A DNA stretch of 62,844 bases, the filler included, from Streblomastix strix (taxonomy: Eukaryota): NCBI GenBank assembly GCA_008636045.1. It is 3 parts of 3 records of this genome, joined end to end, with 100 filler letters (N's around TTAATTAATTAA, not from the genome) between each part and the next. Parts side by side here need not be neighbours in the genome. Positions count along the whole stretch, not along the records: positions 1 to 20,904 come from SNRW01000409.1; positions 21,005 to 41,878 come from SNRW01000411.1; 1 more part is not named here. The stretch is one strand, 5' to 3'. The translations under genes were made by a program, and so were the position numbers. Within the stretch, counting starts at the first letter, position 1, and each line of letters opens with the position of its first letter. Shown here in pieces: positions 13,601 through 27,007 of this stretch. The notes beneath the pieces are model-generated. The model was given only the letters and a program-made list of their open reading frames with translations. It did no database searches and was not told where the DNA came from.

Positions 13601-16600
13601 CACAGGAGGAAGTTTGAATATCAAGAATTCTATATTTGGATATGTGAACTATAATAATACAGATGATACAAGCAAACTACCACTTTTTGCAGCAGCCATT
13701 AAAATGCATAAAACAGCAGATAAACTAGAAATAGATAATACACTATTTACACAACAACATACATCAATTAATTTTACTAATACATCAACTTCATTCCTTG
13801 ATTCTTCATTGTATTGTGGTGGATGTATATTAGTAGGTAAGATTATTGTATTATTAATACTTTAATATTATTTTATTAATACATTAATATTATTTTATTT
13901 ATACATTAATATTATTTTATTTATATTATATATCATTAGATTATGCTAATAGTGTCACTATAACAAATTCAAACTTCACATCAAATGATGGATGGCTTAC
14001 TGGAGGCATATCTTGTTATGATATTAGCTCATCTGTGCTATATTTGTAGAATTGCACATTTTCAAGGAATAAAGGAATTAAAGGAGATAAATTCTCGTAT
14101 GTTGGAGATAAATATGATGTTGGAAATGATATGATATTGAACCATAGATTCAAAAGAAACAATGTAACAGAAAATATTTTATAGTCAACTTCATCATCTG
14201 ATTTCCCTAAAATAGGCTCAAAATACTTCCAATTTGACTATGGAGTATTAGATTTCCTTCTCGAAGCATTTGTGACTGATTCAATGTATGTTAATATGAG
14301 TTCTGGAAAAGATATATTTGGATATGGAACAGAAGAATAACCATTTTAAACTCTTTCTTTTGCAATAGCAGCTACATCTTCAGCAAGAGAAAGGCCAACT
14401 ACTCTTATTACAACTGCAGAATCATATATTGAATCTGAATTCTTTGTTGGAGGACATTCAGTTACAATTCAAGGATAAACAGAAGGTACAGGAGCAAATA
14501 TGAAAAGAACGATATTATCAAATGCTAATGATTAATTTGATCTTCTCTTTGCTGTATATAATGGCACACTTAATCTTGAATAATTAATTGTTGAAATTAT
14601 AAATAACATTGGAAAATACAATCCTGACATGGTAATGGTAAGTCTTATAGGATAAGAATGTATTTTCTCATCAACATCTGTTATATTCAGAACTATAGTT
14701 CCTAGTAATGTGTTAAGGAAATAATTCATATAAGCTGTTAGAGGATGTTCCATAACTCTTACAACTTCATCATTTGAGAATATTCAGGAATAGAATGAAC
14801 CATTAATTTACCTTCCAGTTCAAGCTAATACAAGTTGTGAATTATAGAATACGACTATTATGGGATATGGAAATTAAAAAGCTGAAAGTTCATCTGTTGT
14901 AATTGATCACTTTGGAGTTGGAACGGCGATACTTAATAACTGTAACTTCAAGTTTAATGTAGCAAAAGCATAAAGTACAAATGTTTTTGGAGCTGCGCTT
15001 ACAATACAATTCAATGTAGGAGGAATTACAGCAACAGCTGTTGAACTTACTAATTGTGAGTTTGATACAAATATTGGAGAATGTTGTGGAGCTATTACAA
15101 TATAAGGAGTGGCAACAGCACTTTCCAGTTTATTGATCACCTCATGCACATTTTTGAACAACGTTGCTTATTCATTCTACAAATACCCTTCAATTGTTTA
15201 TGCCAATGATATATACTTTGATATGGCTAATGTACAAACTATTCTATAATAGACATCAGAATCGTTCATCTTCTCAGAAACAAAATCATATTCAGCTTCA
15301 CCTAAGATCAATTATCGTCAGAATGTTGGTGAACCAGTTGATAATCTTTTAAGAGAAGGTTCAAATACTACAGGATTACCAGCTGTATATATTTCAGGAT
15401 AAGGAAGTGATACAACAGGATCTGGGAATATTGATAGTCCATATTTGACATTAAGATATGGAATGGCAAGAGTTGATAAGACTAAATATGCAGAGATTAA
15501 TGTATAATAAGGAGTATTTGATGTATCATATATAGTTGCACATGATGTAAAAGTGCGGATTAAAGGAGAAGCATATCATATATGCACACTTACAAATAGT
15601 GTTATGCCAGATGAAGGAATGCTTTGGTTATAATCTGGTACTATCATGTACTTGATGGTTAATAAATAATTAAATTTATTCAATGAAGATAATAATAAAT
15701 ATTTATTTTTAAGTTTAATTATGTATTAATCTAATTTATAACGATTTCTGATTTTATTTATAATTATTATAATTGTAGGACTTCACAATCATACCATGTT
15801 AGACTCAAAATCATGATGCACCAATGATTGAAATTACTGAAGGAGCTTTGATTAGAATAAGGAAATGCTTTTTCAGGTATAATTATAATTATATTGGTGT
15901 TTAAATGTTAAAAATTTAAATTGAAATTGTACGTTATTTTTTTCAATATTTATTTTTCATTTTAATATTTTTAACATTTATTAAAATCAGATCAAATCAT
16001 ATTGATAAAATGCCAGACGTAACGAAAGATTTTTACAATTCTCGTATGATTAACATCATTATTTTTTTATTATTTATTTAATAATTATAACAATTCAAAT
16101 TAATAAATTTCAAATACAATATAATTATATTGATTTAAATTTTTTATTTCTATTCAAATTCAGCAATCATTCGTGTTGAACGTGGTAGAGGAGGATTATA
16201 TGATTGTTTATTTTACAAAATTTGTGTGCATATTATTAATATATTAATATCTTATTAATAATATTTAATATAATTATTTATTAATTTTTAATTTGTTATT
16301 ATGATATTTTATATTGATTTATTTATCCATTAATGATCAACAGATACATCTGGAGACTCTCCAATATAAATTATCTATGGAATTGATGACATGAATTTTG
16401 ATACCATTGATCTTGAAGCTCGACTTAATGCCTCAAAAACATAATAAGCAGCGAGTGTGCAATAAATGATATTAATATTAATTATGAAAATATAAATATT
16501 AAATTTGAATTATATTTGAAAATTTAAATATTTTGATATGAGAAAATATAATTTAATTTCTTTATATATTAAAAATAATGAATAATGAAGCAACATATTA

Positions 16601-19084
16601 ATATAAAACACTAAATAAATTTGAAATGAAGAATTGCACGTTCAAATAGGTATAAAAGTAAAAATGTTTTTTATAAAAAGGATTTGATTTAAATTTAATT
16701 TATTTATTTTAATTATTCATTTACAATTTATCTATTATATATACAATATACTTTATCATTAATTTCAGGTATTTCCATACAAGGGTGCTACTGACAATTC
16801 AACTGCACCTGCACCAGTATCAGGTCCTTCAGATAGTGTTAATCTTCCTGATGATGAAAGACATGAGTTCACTCCAACAATCAGATTATCCATCACACCC
16901 CGAGCAACATTCAACATGTCTGGGTGTAAATTTATATAGACTACAGGTTTGGGGATAAATAAATGTATATTATACTGATATTTATATTAAATAGAATTTT
17001 TATTTAAATTTAATTCCTTTCATTATTTTTTTTCAAAATAGGAATTGAAATAACAGTCAACAAATCATTTTGGCAAAATGATTATAAAGATAGAGGATAA
17101 CTCATTCTCTAAAACAATATCTACATGTAGACTGGATAAAACTTGAATTAAGAAGAACCAGGATGGGATTCAACAATAGACTACACATCTGAATAATATC
17201 GTTCATTCTATGGTTGCCTCTTCTTTATATAAGCTGATGATACTTGGACAACTAATGGAACTACCACAGTTGCTAACTCAGTTGCAAGCAGCTCATATTC
17301 ACCTGATACTCTTTCACTTAATCAGATCATTATATAGAATAATAAGTTTACTTAGAATGTTGCAAGAGATCTTTAAACAGGAGTGAATTTAATTTTATTT
17401 GGAAGCCAAGCTTTTTATGGTGAATTAGATCCAGGTAGTGATTCTACCAATGGATTTCAATTAATCACGAATTTATATGGAGATCAAAATATTGATGCAG
17501 AAACTACATAACCTGTAGATGTAGATGTAATGGGATATATTTTATCATGTGTGAATTTATTAATATATATTACCACAATTTTTTTTATTTTGTTATTTTA
17601 TTTATTAATATATTAAATAGATTTAACCCCATATACATGCGTACCTTTATAAGCTTCATCTGGTGAATTAGATGAATATTCGTATGCTCGCAATTAATTT
17701 CAATAAAAAAAATATTTACTTTGTTTTATTATTATAAATATTTGGTATATTCAATATATTAGAACTGGAACTGCCAGTAACACACTTCCAATAGCAGCTA
17801 CTCCATTCACAAATAAAACATATGCAGATGAAATTGCAACAAATCTCTTCTTAATGGCTCCAATAGTTTGAGTAAATATAAATAATATTTTTATTTATTT
17901 CTCAATATTTTAAAATATATTTTATTATTATTCATTTATATATTTACATAATAAATTCTGCTTCAGAATGACATAGAATGGAATATTGAGCTGAAATATG
18001 AAGGAACATATACAGAGACTTAAATTCATATACCATTTGGCAAAGTTATAATATCACCTTCTGATACTCTTTCATCAACAAGTATCATTCTCAGACCAAA
18101 AATAACTGGATTGTCAACTGAATATTAAGAAGAAGTCAACTCTGGGTTCTAAATGAGTGCTTATGAGAGTCCTTTAATCACATGTGAAATTCTGGGTTAA
18201 TTATCAATATAAGATCTGATAATAGAGCATTTCAGATATCCTGGGAGATATAATCTAGTCTAACTTAATCATGGTGCTGTTACTGAATTCACAAACATCA
18301 TTTTCCGACCTCATTCATAGCATAGCGTTGAAGATAAATATTAAGCACCGTATGTTTGTATACTCTCTGGTTCACATACATTCACAAACATATAGTATGA
18401 ACCAACACAATTTGATAACTCACCAGCTGTATAAACATTTTTTGAGCCTGGAATGATTGATTATATCCAACACGATGAATAATAAGATGCGACATTCATT
18501 GGATGCACTTTCACAGATATTGATCGCGCATAAGGAGTTGGAGCTGCTATTGAATCTCATGGATTCAATATGATTTTCACTGATTGTTTGTTCTAGTAAA
18601 CTACTCCATCTGCAAATTCTGCTGCTTTCAACAAAAATTCATAAATTATGATTGATGATCATAAACCAATATATATTTCTAAACAACACACTTCACATAA
18701 AAAGAATCATTAATAAAAGAAATATAAATTTGGTAATGATCTTCCACCTCCTCCAAAAACGGCTGCTGATCTTTTATTAACTGAAACTTGTGGATGGGAT
18801 TAAGCATATGTGAGTATTGATGAATATGAGAAAGAATTGCCAAATAAGGAGAGCATCATTAATGGGAATACTAAATTCGTTGGTATTCAGCTTGGAGCAC
18901 TTCATGTATATAACACTAAAGTGACAATTGATAAAAATGTTGTATTCACTGGAAATATGGCTCCATTACCTGATGCTGCAATTGCAAAACCTCCAGAATA
19001 AGCATCTAACACTTCAGCATCTACAAACACAACAAAATCTAATTTCAGAGATTTTAATTCTAGTTAATTCATTAATAAGAAAAA

Positions 19085-19138
<54 letters not shown>

Positions 19139-20006
19139 GATATTGAATGAAGGAGAAGAAGAAGTTGATGAATGGGCAGGAATTGAGCCTCTATTTCGTG
19201 GATATACATCAGCTACTGAGAACACTCTTTATAGAAGGAATATCATCTGTGGTCATGGTAGTGAGATTATTGCAGATTCAGAATCATTCTCAGAAGATGG
19301 TACTCAAAAAGATTCACTTTGGATCTTAAAGACAAGTTAAGGAAGTGAAGTTAGTTATACTGGATCTGAATAATTTATTCCTTAATGCAAACTTACAGGT
19401 ACAATTGAAGAGAAACCATATTCACTATTTGTTCCCATTATTGTAGAAGCAGATGCAGAAGAATCCAAAGATAAATATGGAGCAGATATAACAATCAAAG
19501 GAAGTCATTTTGTGAGATGTGGTATGATGCAGTATGAGATATGTGAATATTAGAAACCATAAGAAGTATCATTAAGTAAGAATGAAGATCCCCCACAAAC
19601 TGAAGAAGCACCACCTGATCCACACGAAGAGCATTGCCAGAGAAGGATAATGGAATATGCACTTGATTGGAAGAGTGAATAGGAAGTTGTGATTCAATCA
19701 AGATTCAAGGTTGTTCGTAAGTGGAATAAGATGGATGTTAGAATCATATATGGACAAGGTCAATCTACTGAGGCATTCACTGTATCTACTGAGAATATGT
19801 CTACAGGAGCTATTATTGCCATTGTTATCTGTTCAATTGCACTGATTGGTGGAGCTGTTGGTCTTCTGATAGGAGTTATCTATTGCTACCACAGAATGAA
19901 TGTTAAAAAGGTAGAAGCTAGAAAACTGGAAGATGAGCAGATGATGATGGATATTACCAATTCAAATGGAGGTAATGATGCAATTCAAGGATTTTCAACA
20001 TATTGA
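10673..20006 (+). CDS. Large multi-exon type-I membrane surface protein with tandem pectin-lyase-fold/right-handed beta-helix (DUF1565/Pmp-like) modules
   Basis: Signal peptide MMQLFVLLFAVSLHFC. About a dozen GT-AG introns, e.g. 10785-10890 and 10915-11013 around a 24-nt exon. Four [LMV][FY][VI]xxxGxD..G...P..T...A[IM]-like module starts at ~12030, 13157, 14284 and 15384, with many CTF/FxxN/GG[AI] motifs. C-terminal TM GAIIAIVICSIALIGGAVGLLIGVIYCY, short tail ending GFSTY, TGA at 20004-20006. Confidence 0.85.
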
Positions 20007-20370
20007 AAAAAAAATTGATATCTGCTTCATATGTTATTTAAGCAAGTTATAGTTTTTCAGAGTGATTTTTTTTAATAATCAATTTGTTGTATGTTTTAGT
20101 CTTAAAATAAATCATAGTAATCATCATATAGTTCAATAATATTACTATTAGACTATTAAAATCAACCTGTACCAAAATTCGCTCATTAGCACACAAAACG
20201 ATTGCAAATATACGAACAAGAATAATTTTGAATACTTAATCTTATTTTCTAAATTTATTTATTTATTAAACATATAAATATATTTGAATTTTTATTTTAT
20301 ATGTAGTTTTAACACTCATTTTGCTTCTTTTCTATTTTTTTACTTTGTTTTCCTTTTTTGTCAGCTCGTT

Positions 20371-20640
20371 ATGTCTACCAGTGATATGCATATTAAGAAA
20401 TGGGATTCTGTTTGTGTGTGGACGTACTCTGCACAGCAGGATAAATGCACTATCTGCAGAGAGTCTCTCCAAGGCCCTTGCATAAATTGTCTCTAAATAC
20501 GCTAAAGCGGTGTGAAGAATGACTGTTCCGTAGTTGTAGGCTAGTGCAATCATCGCTTTCACTCACACTGCATCGCGCACTGGCTGATAACACATTAAGT
20601 GTGTCCTCTTGACCATAGTGCGTGGGAATATGCAAGCTGA
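20371..20640 (+). CDS. RBX1: RING-box protein (RBX1/ROC1 family RING-H2, cullin-RING ligase subunit), 89 aa
   Basis: MSTSDMHIKKWDSVCVWTYSAQQDKCTICRESLQGPCINCLQIRQSGVKNDCSVVVGQCNHRFHSHCIAHWLITHQVCPLDHSAWEYAS-TGA matches the RBX1 consensus (KKW.AV..W.W, C.ICR, GxCNHxFHxHCIxxWL, QVCPLD). An RBX2 or APC11 paralog identity is not excluded. Confidence 0.9.
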
Positions 20641-20904
20641 ATACATTTCAATAAAAACGGAGGGATTTTGGATAATATCTTCATTGTTTTTTATTTAATT
20701 GCTTTATAAAATAGAATGTCATCCAAAGCTATCAAATCCATTATCAAACGAAATTAAAGTACTGAATAGTATATTTAAGACCAGTATCTCCTTCCTACTA
20801 ATGTGAAATGCTTTTCCCAAACAAATTGAGATGATGAACAAAATCATCGTTGAAATTCATAATAGAATTGATGTAAAAAGAAATGATTTGATAAACTTAG
20901 ATAT

Positions 20905-21004
20905 NNNNNNNNNNNNNNNNNNNNNNNNNNNNNNNNNNNNNNNNNNNNTTAATTAATTAANNNNNNNNNNNNNNNNNNNNNNNNNNNNNNNNNNNNNNNN
21001 NNNN
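20905..21004. other. Artificial scaffold-joining linker (N44-TTAATTAATTAA-N44)
   Basis: Six-frame-stop 12-mer centred in a 100-nt spacer. Confidence 0.97.
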
Positions 21005-24000
21005 AGATTGGCCTTCTGCAGACAATGCGATCTTTGCTGTATCAGCCAACACTCATTTGATTACTTTGATTGATGAGAAACCAGTGAGTTAGAATTGTGA
21101 TTACTGCATTAAACGCAGAGAGAATGAAGATTTTATCCAGTTTGAGGAGGAAAGACTGCATTTGCATATGAATGAGATTATAACACAAGGATTGATATTG
21201 GAACAAGAGAAAATTAAAGAAATTGAAATTTCACTCAAGATTGAAAATTAAACACCAAAATAAATAATTAAAACTTTATAATAATCCTTTTCTTCTTCTT
21301 CGTCATCATCATCATCATCATAATAATAACCAATTATCCATTAACATTCATCATCAAATCAAAACTACATCATTTCATAAACATCTCACATATTACATTC
21401 ACCCTCACTAATGCATGCATCTACATTCATGGTACTCCTCCAAGGCCACGAAAACAACATTCCTGGCATTGACATATCAGGATGTGGTAAGTTCCTTTGC
21501 TCATGTTCTGTTGATGGGACATTCCGTGTTTGGATGATTGACCTTCCAATGCATCCTCCGATGTGGTTCAAATCAAGGGATGTTACAAAATAAGGAAAAA
21601 GAAGCTGTTTGTAGAGAGAGAAGAAGTTTGGTGAGAGATAGTAATAGTATTTGTAATAGTTGATATTGGCTAAAGTTAATAAGGATTTAAATTAAATGAA
21701 TGAATTATAAACTACAGGAACTGGAACTGGAAAAGTATCATAATTATCGAATATTTAAAATCAAAAATCAATTAATAAAAAAAAATCAAATCATTCAAAA
21801 GAAATTATCAAACTTCCAGATGTAGGAATGATGCAAGTTCCAACATATATTCATTTGTATTAATCATTCAAACCTGCAAATGAATAAAATCTTCCCAAAT
21901 ACATATCACTTTCACAATTAGCATCTTTTGCTCAAAGATCATTTCAAATATAATAAGGAATAAGAATTGAAAATTAATCTGAATTTAGTCCAGAAAATGA
22001 AAACATTCCCCAAACTCCGACAATTCAAACAGGATTAGAATCTGATGAATCGCAATCATCGTACCACCTGCATTAATTATCCAAACAAAAACCACAAAAC
22101 ACACAAACATCTGCAAAATCAAACGATTTCTCAAATTCATCTGAAAATTCTGAGTCACACATTCCAATAATTGTATCTGCATAACATAGGCTACATTAGA
22201 AAACTAGCTTTAACCATTCATAACTAAATGATTTATAATAATAGTAATAATAATAATAAGAATATGATGAACAATAAAACCAAGAAGCACTTTCCCCATA
22301 AAGACAACAACATCAGCAAAAGAAACACCCAACACCTGGAACACACAGAAGAAGAAATGAACTTATGCAAAATCATATAAGAGCATACTCACTAACATCT
22401 GCTGAAATGCATGGTGGATAGAATAGAATAAATAATAATAATAATGATAATGGTACTGATAATAATAATAATATTAATAATAATAATGAATAGAATTAGA
22501 ATTTAAAATCCAATTAAATATTAGAAGAAGTTGAATAGATGATTGTTGATATTGATTATTAAAAATTAGATAAAAAAGTTCTTGAAGTTGATGTGCCAAA
22601 TAGAAGTGGGTAATCATCACTGTATAGACGTTATTGGACTGAATAACCTTCTCCTGATAAGATTTAAATAACTACAGATAATAATATTAATAACAACAAT
22701 AATAAAGTAAATGTTAACAATTAAATTCAACCATAAGATTCAAATTATAATAATTCTACTCCAGAAGAAATACAATCAGATTTAGAATAATATGAAAATG
22801 AATAAAATTTGATTAATGCATAAGAAGAACCAGTTGCAGAGAGATATCACAACAGAACTGTATCAATGTGCATAGCGAATATTTTTTAAATATCATAAGA
22901 AATAATGCAACAGAACCTTTTACTTTCACAATAAAATTAAACAGCTTTGAATATTGAAACTAAATAAACGAATAATTGAACAAATCAAGACCAAAACTAA
23001 ACATTAAATGAAACACATTCTTCTGAATAAACGAGCTCAAACAGCTAAAATCAATATTTATTATATGAAGTTCCATCTCTTCCGCACAGAAGAACATTGT
23101 CAGCTGCAGCAAAAGCAAACAAAGCGATGTCAAAACACGCATCTCGATTATCATCAGCTTTCACACCTTCAACTCCAACACCTCAATTAGTGACATCTCT
23201 TCATTAATAACAACTTTAACACACATAATACCAAAACAATTAACTATTAGACATCAGTAATCATAATAATAGAAATAAAAGTAAATATAATACTAATAAT
23301 AACAAAAATAGTTATAATAATAAACATCTTCACCTTCTTTATAATCATCATAATAAATATTTACATCACCACCTTAATAATATTTTGATTAATCAGCACC
23401 TTAATTTCAAATGAATTCAACAACTGCACAAACAGTACCAAATGAAAGATCAATTCTTGCTCCTCAGAGTCAGTTGCGTTTAGGTTAATTATTTTCATAG
23501 TCATAAACATAGCCTCCTCAAGTTTGTTCATCACTATTGATTTCTTCACCATAAACACATCAATAATAATAATCTTAATAATAAACATAATCTACATCTT
23601 CTTCTTAATAGTAAACATAACCTACATCTTCTTCTTAATAATAAACATAATCTACAACTTCTCCTTCTTCTTCTTAATAATAATAAATATTATAAACACC
23701 CTCCAGTTTATAAATATAACACCAACAGAACTTACAACATCAACCACATATATTACCAAAGCAATCTAGTGTGCATGCTCCAACATTATTTCCTCGACGC
23801 GACAATACATCCACGAGTTCACACTCTATAAGTTCAGGTATGAGTGTAACTACACATTCACATACTCATTCAACATCACAATCAAATTCGTCATAATTCA
23901 CACCGATGTTGATGCCTGAATATGTCTCATCTCATGAATCTACACTGAATGCTCCATCTATTCCACCCAGAGTTCAATTAGCACCACTACTGTTTGGTAT

Positions 24001-25500
24001 GGGATGTTTGAATCAAGGAAGATGCATTCGAAGTCCTTCTTTATCATCACTATATTTGGCTCCAGCTCCACCAAGACAAAGTTTCTATCCATCTTTAGGT
24101 CAGCAACAATCAGATCATCTGAGTCTGAACTCGAGTGTAAGCGATGACATATCAACAATTCTTCCTTCAATCGCATCTGCACCAACTCTATTCATGGAAA
24201 ATTTAAGAAGAGACAACAATGCAAATAATAATAAATTGAACAAAGCTGCACCATTCGATAGCACACTCCCAGCACTAATAACACTACCAGTTGATCCATG
24301 TCGATGGTCTGAATCTGAAAAGAGAGACAGATTGTAATGCAATTAAGAACCAAACACACCCTCATTACCAGCATTAAACGCACCAGCTATGAGATCATGT
24401 ATAAGAGTTATGAGGATATCTTCTGTATCATATATATGGTCTTGCAGATTCATGCATAAAAGGGGGATTAGAACTCATGAAGCATTTGGTTTGACATGAG
24501 CTGAGAAATATAATAAATAATAACTGAAAGATATGCTTTGGGAACCTCCAAATCAATAATGCACTACAATATTGACGCATATTGGATCATTGAATGATAT
24601 TGACAATTCATAAAATGATGAAGAAGATAATAAAAATTAAAATTAGAAAATGAACAAAAAACCAAAACATTCACGGGAATCATTAACAATAGTGGAACAG
24701 CTGATCCAAATCTTGAAAGAATAGAATGTTTCTGACACGTAGATGATCAAGTTACTACGACAAAGCACATCTTCATATCACTAACGAAAGATGATCGATA
24801 ATGGCTACGAGCTGTTGCTGCATATGCAGAATACCTGAACTTCAAATCAGATGTTGATAATGTTGATGCTGAAGAATGTGGTAATAGCTGTGGAGTATAA
24901 TTAATCCCCAATCAACTATGGGAACATGCATATTTAGTTATGGAATCGATGAAGAACAGCAGAAAAATGCGAATCCAGAAGAAACAGCAGCGATAGAATA
25001 AAAGACTTCTTCTTTAGTATGACATCACTAATGTCCAATAAGATGAAACAACATCAGATAACAACGATGATATCAGCCCCGACATCTACAATTTCAGTGA
25101 CTCTGAAGGTGGAACATACACAATCATCACACAACAGGAAGTCCTTGAATCAGAATAACTGCTCCAACAGCACATCACAACTCTTATGTAACATATGAAT
25201 CAAATTGTGATATCTCCAATCTTATCAACACCACTCCCTTAAATTGGTCCTTTCTCACCAAATGTTACAAGATCCCCATAATCTCCATTCACACCCATAC
25301 CACCACCAAGTATAGAATATATATTAGCATAGTAGCGTGAATAGTAACAAGCCAGGAACAGACAATAAGGAATACCACATCATAGCACACCACCAACAAC
25401 ACCTCCGAGTCCATCTTCATCTGTTGCATCTTTTGGATCACCACCTCCAGCACCGTTATTACCACCAAGGTATGGGAGATAGAATTAGTATCAGACTGTT
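21005..25500 (+). pseudogene. CRT10-like WD40 protein, copy 1 (5' end cut by the scaffold edge; in-frame TGA; 3' deletion)
   Basis: Motifs AIFAVSANTHLITL, LQGHENNIPGIDISGCGKFLCSCSVDGTFRVW and IWSCRF, separated by long Q/S/N-rich inserts. In-frame TGA at 24497-24499 (TAA in copy 2). Lacks ~660 bp present in copy 2 (37351-~38010). Confidence 0.7.
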
Positions 25501-27007
25501 GTACGTTTTTTTACATGTTGGAGGTATTAATGCTCCAAAAACAGAAATTATTATTTATTTACTGTTCAGAATGATAAATTAATAAAATATTTTATTATAA
25601 TACTAATTTTCTAATAAATTGAATGAGATTATGTCGAAATCGAAATTTTTGTTTTAATTACATATTTTGAATAATTTGACAATAAATAAATTTTATAAAT
25701 ATTGCTTTTTTAGAGTTTTAAAGAAAATTTTAATAAATGGCATTTTTCAAATTAGTCTCGAACAGGAACGCACCGAAACATATCAAATCTATTTTTTTAA
25801 TTTAAATATGTTTCTTTTCATATTTCTGAATAAAATTTGTAAAATTATTTTTTTATACTTAATTTTAACGGCTTTTTATTTTATTTTGCCTGCCAATTTA
25901 TGAGAAAGATTCAAATCAAAAAATAGAATATAAAAACAATTTTTAAATTTTATTATTTAATTTTTAAATTATTAATTTTCATAATTCACATCAAATATAT
26001 CAAATAAAATACGAATGTAATTTTTTTTATTTAACATTCAAATACACTGCCATAAAATAATAAATTTTACAAATTTAAATGTTATATTAAAAATATCATT
26101 AATGTTTAAAACAATAATTTCACTTTTGATTTCATTTATCAGAAAGGTAATTGTAAATAAGATGAAATACGTTCAATTCGTTACAAAAATTAAAATAACC
26201 GAGTAAATACAATCTAACTGCCAAACAAAACACATATTCATGGTAGATTCATTTGCTATAGTTGAATATGATATTTAATTTGAGGAAACGAATATAAAAT
26301 TCAAATGATACACGAGTTACAATTTCACAAGAAAATTCTTTATCAAGCTTTCTCTGAGGTATGAAACAAATTATTATATTTTTATAGATATATTAAATTT
26401 TCTTATAATTTATGATGATATGATAACAATATCAATCGTTAAAGAATATAAACTTTGGAGAATCTTTTTTTGTCAATTGGAGAAGCATACTTCAATATTG
26501 AGTATTAATCGACTATTAAATGAAATTATTTCTAAAATTAAATCGATGAACAAAAATTAATAAATTTGCGAATAATATTAAAATACTTAAAATAATCAGA
26601 TATTAATTGAAAATTGCCCAAATAAATATAAATATTAAATTAATGTTGAAATAAGAAAACATTAAATAATCTATTAATGCTATACTTATCTCATATAGAT
26701 GAATTGGCCATTAAAGTGAGTACTATTGATGTTTTTGTCTCGAATTTAATTCATAATAAATTCAAATATGATTAAATTCGACATATTGTTTATATTAATT
26801 TCAAATATTAATTTTACTAATTAATTATTATTTTCTTCCTTTTCTCAAAAATAAGAATATCTATAATAAATTTAATAATAAACTAAATATAATTATTGAT
26901 ATATTAATACGTTACAAATTATTATTCACTTATTTCTAATATATTTTTAGTTTAAATTTTAAAATTTTATTTATTTTTTAATTTAATAATAAAAGAATCA
27001 GGATAAA

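Noticed and set aside
17682..17762. Possible GC-AG intron in the surface protein gene
   Set aside because: A canonical GTATGC donor at 17682 restores the correct frame.
20716..20904. Possible gene end or start at the edge of scaffold A
   Set aside because: Only ~50 codons with no recognisable motif.
20949..20960. TTAATTAATTAA palindrome inside N runs (also 41923-41934)
   Set aside because: Synthetic six-frame-stop spacer, not biological.
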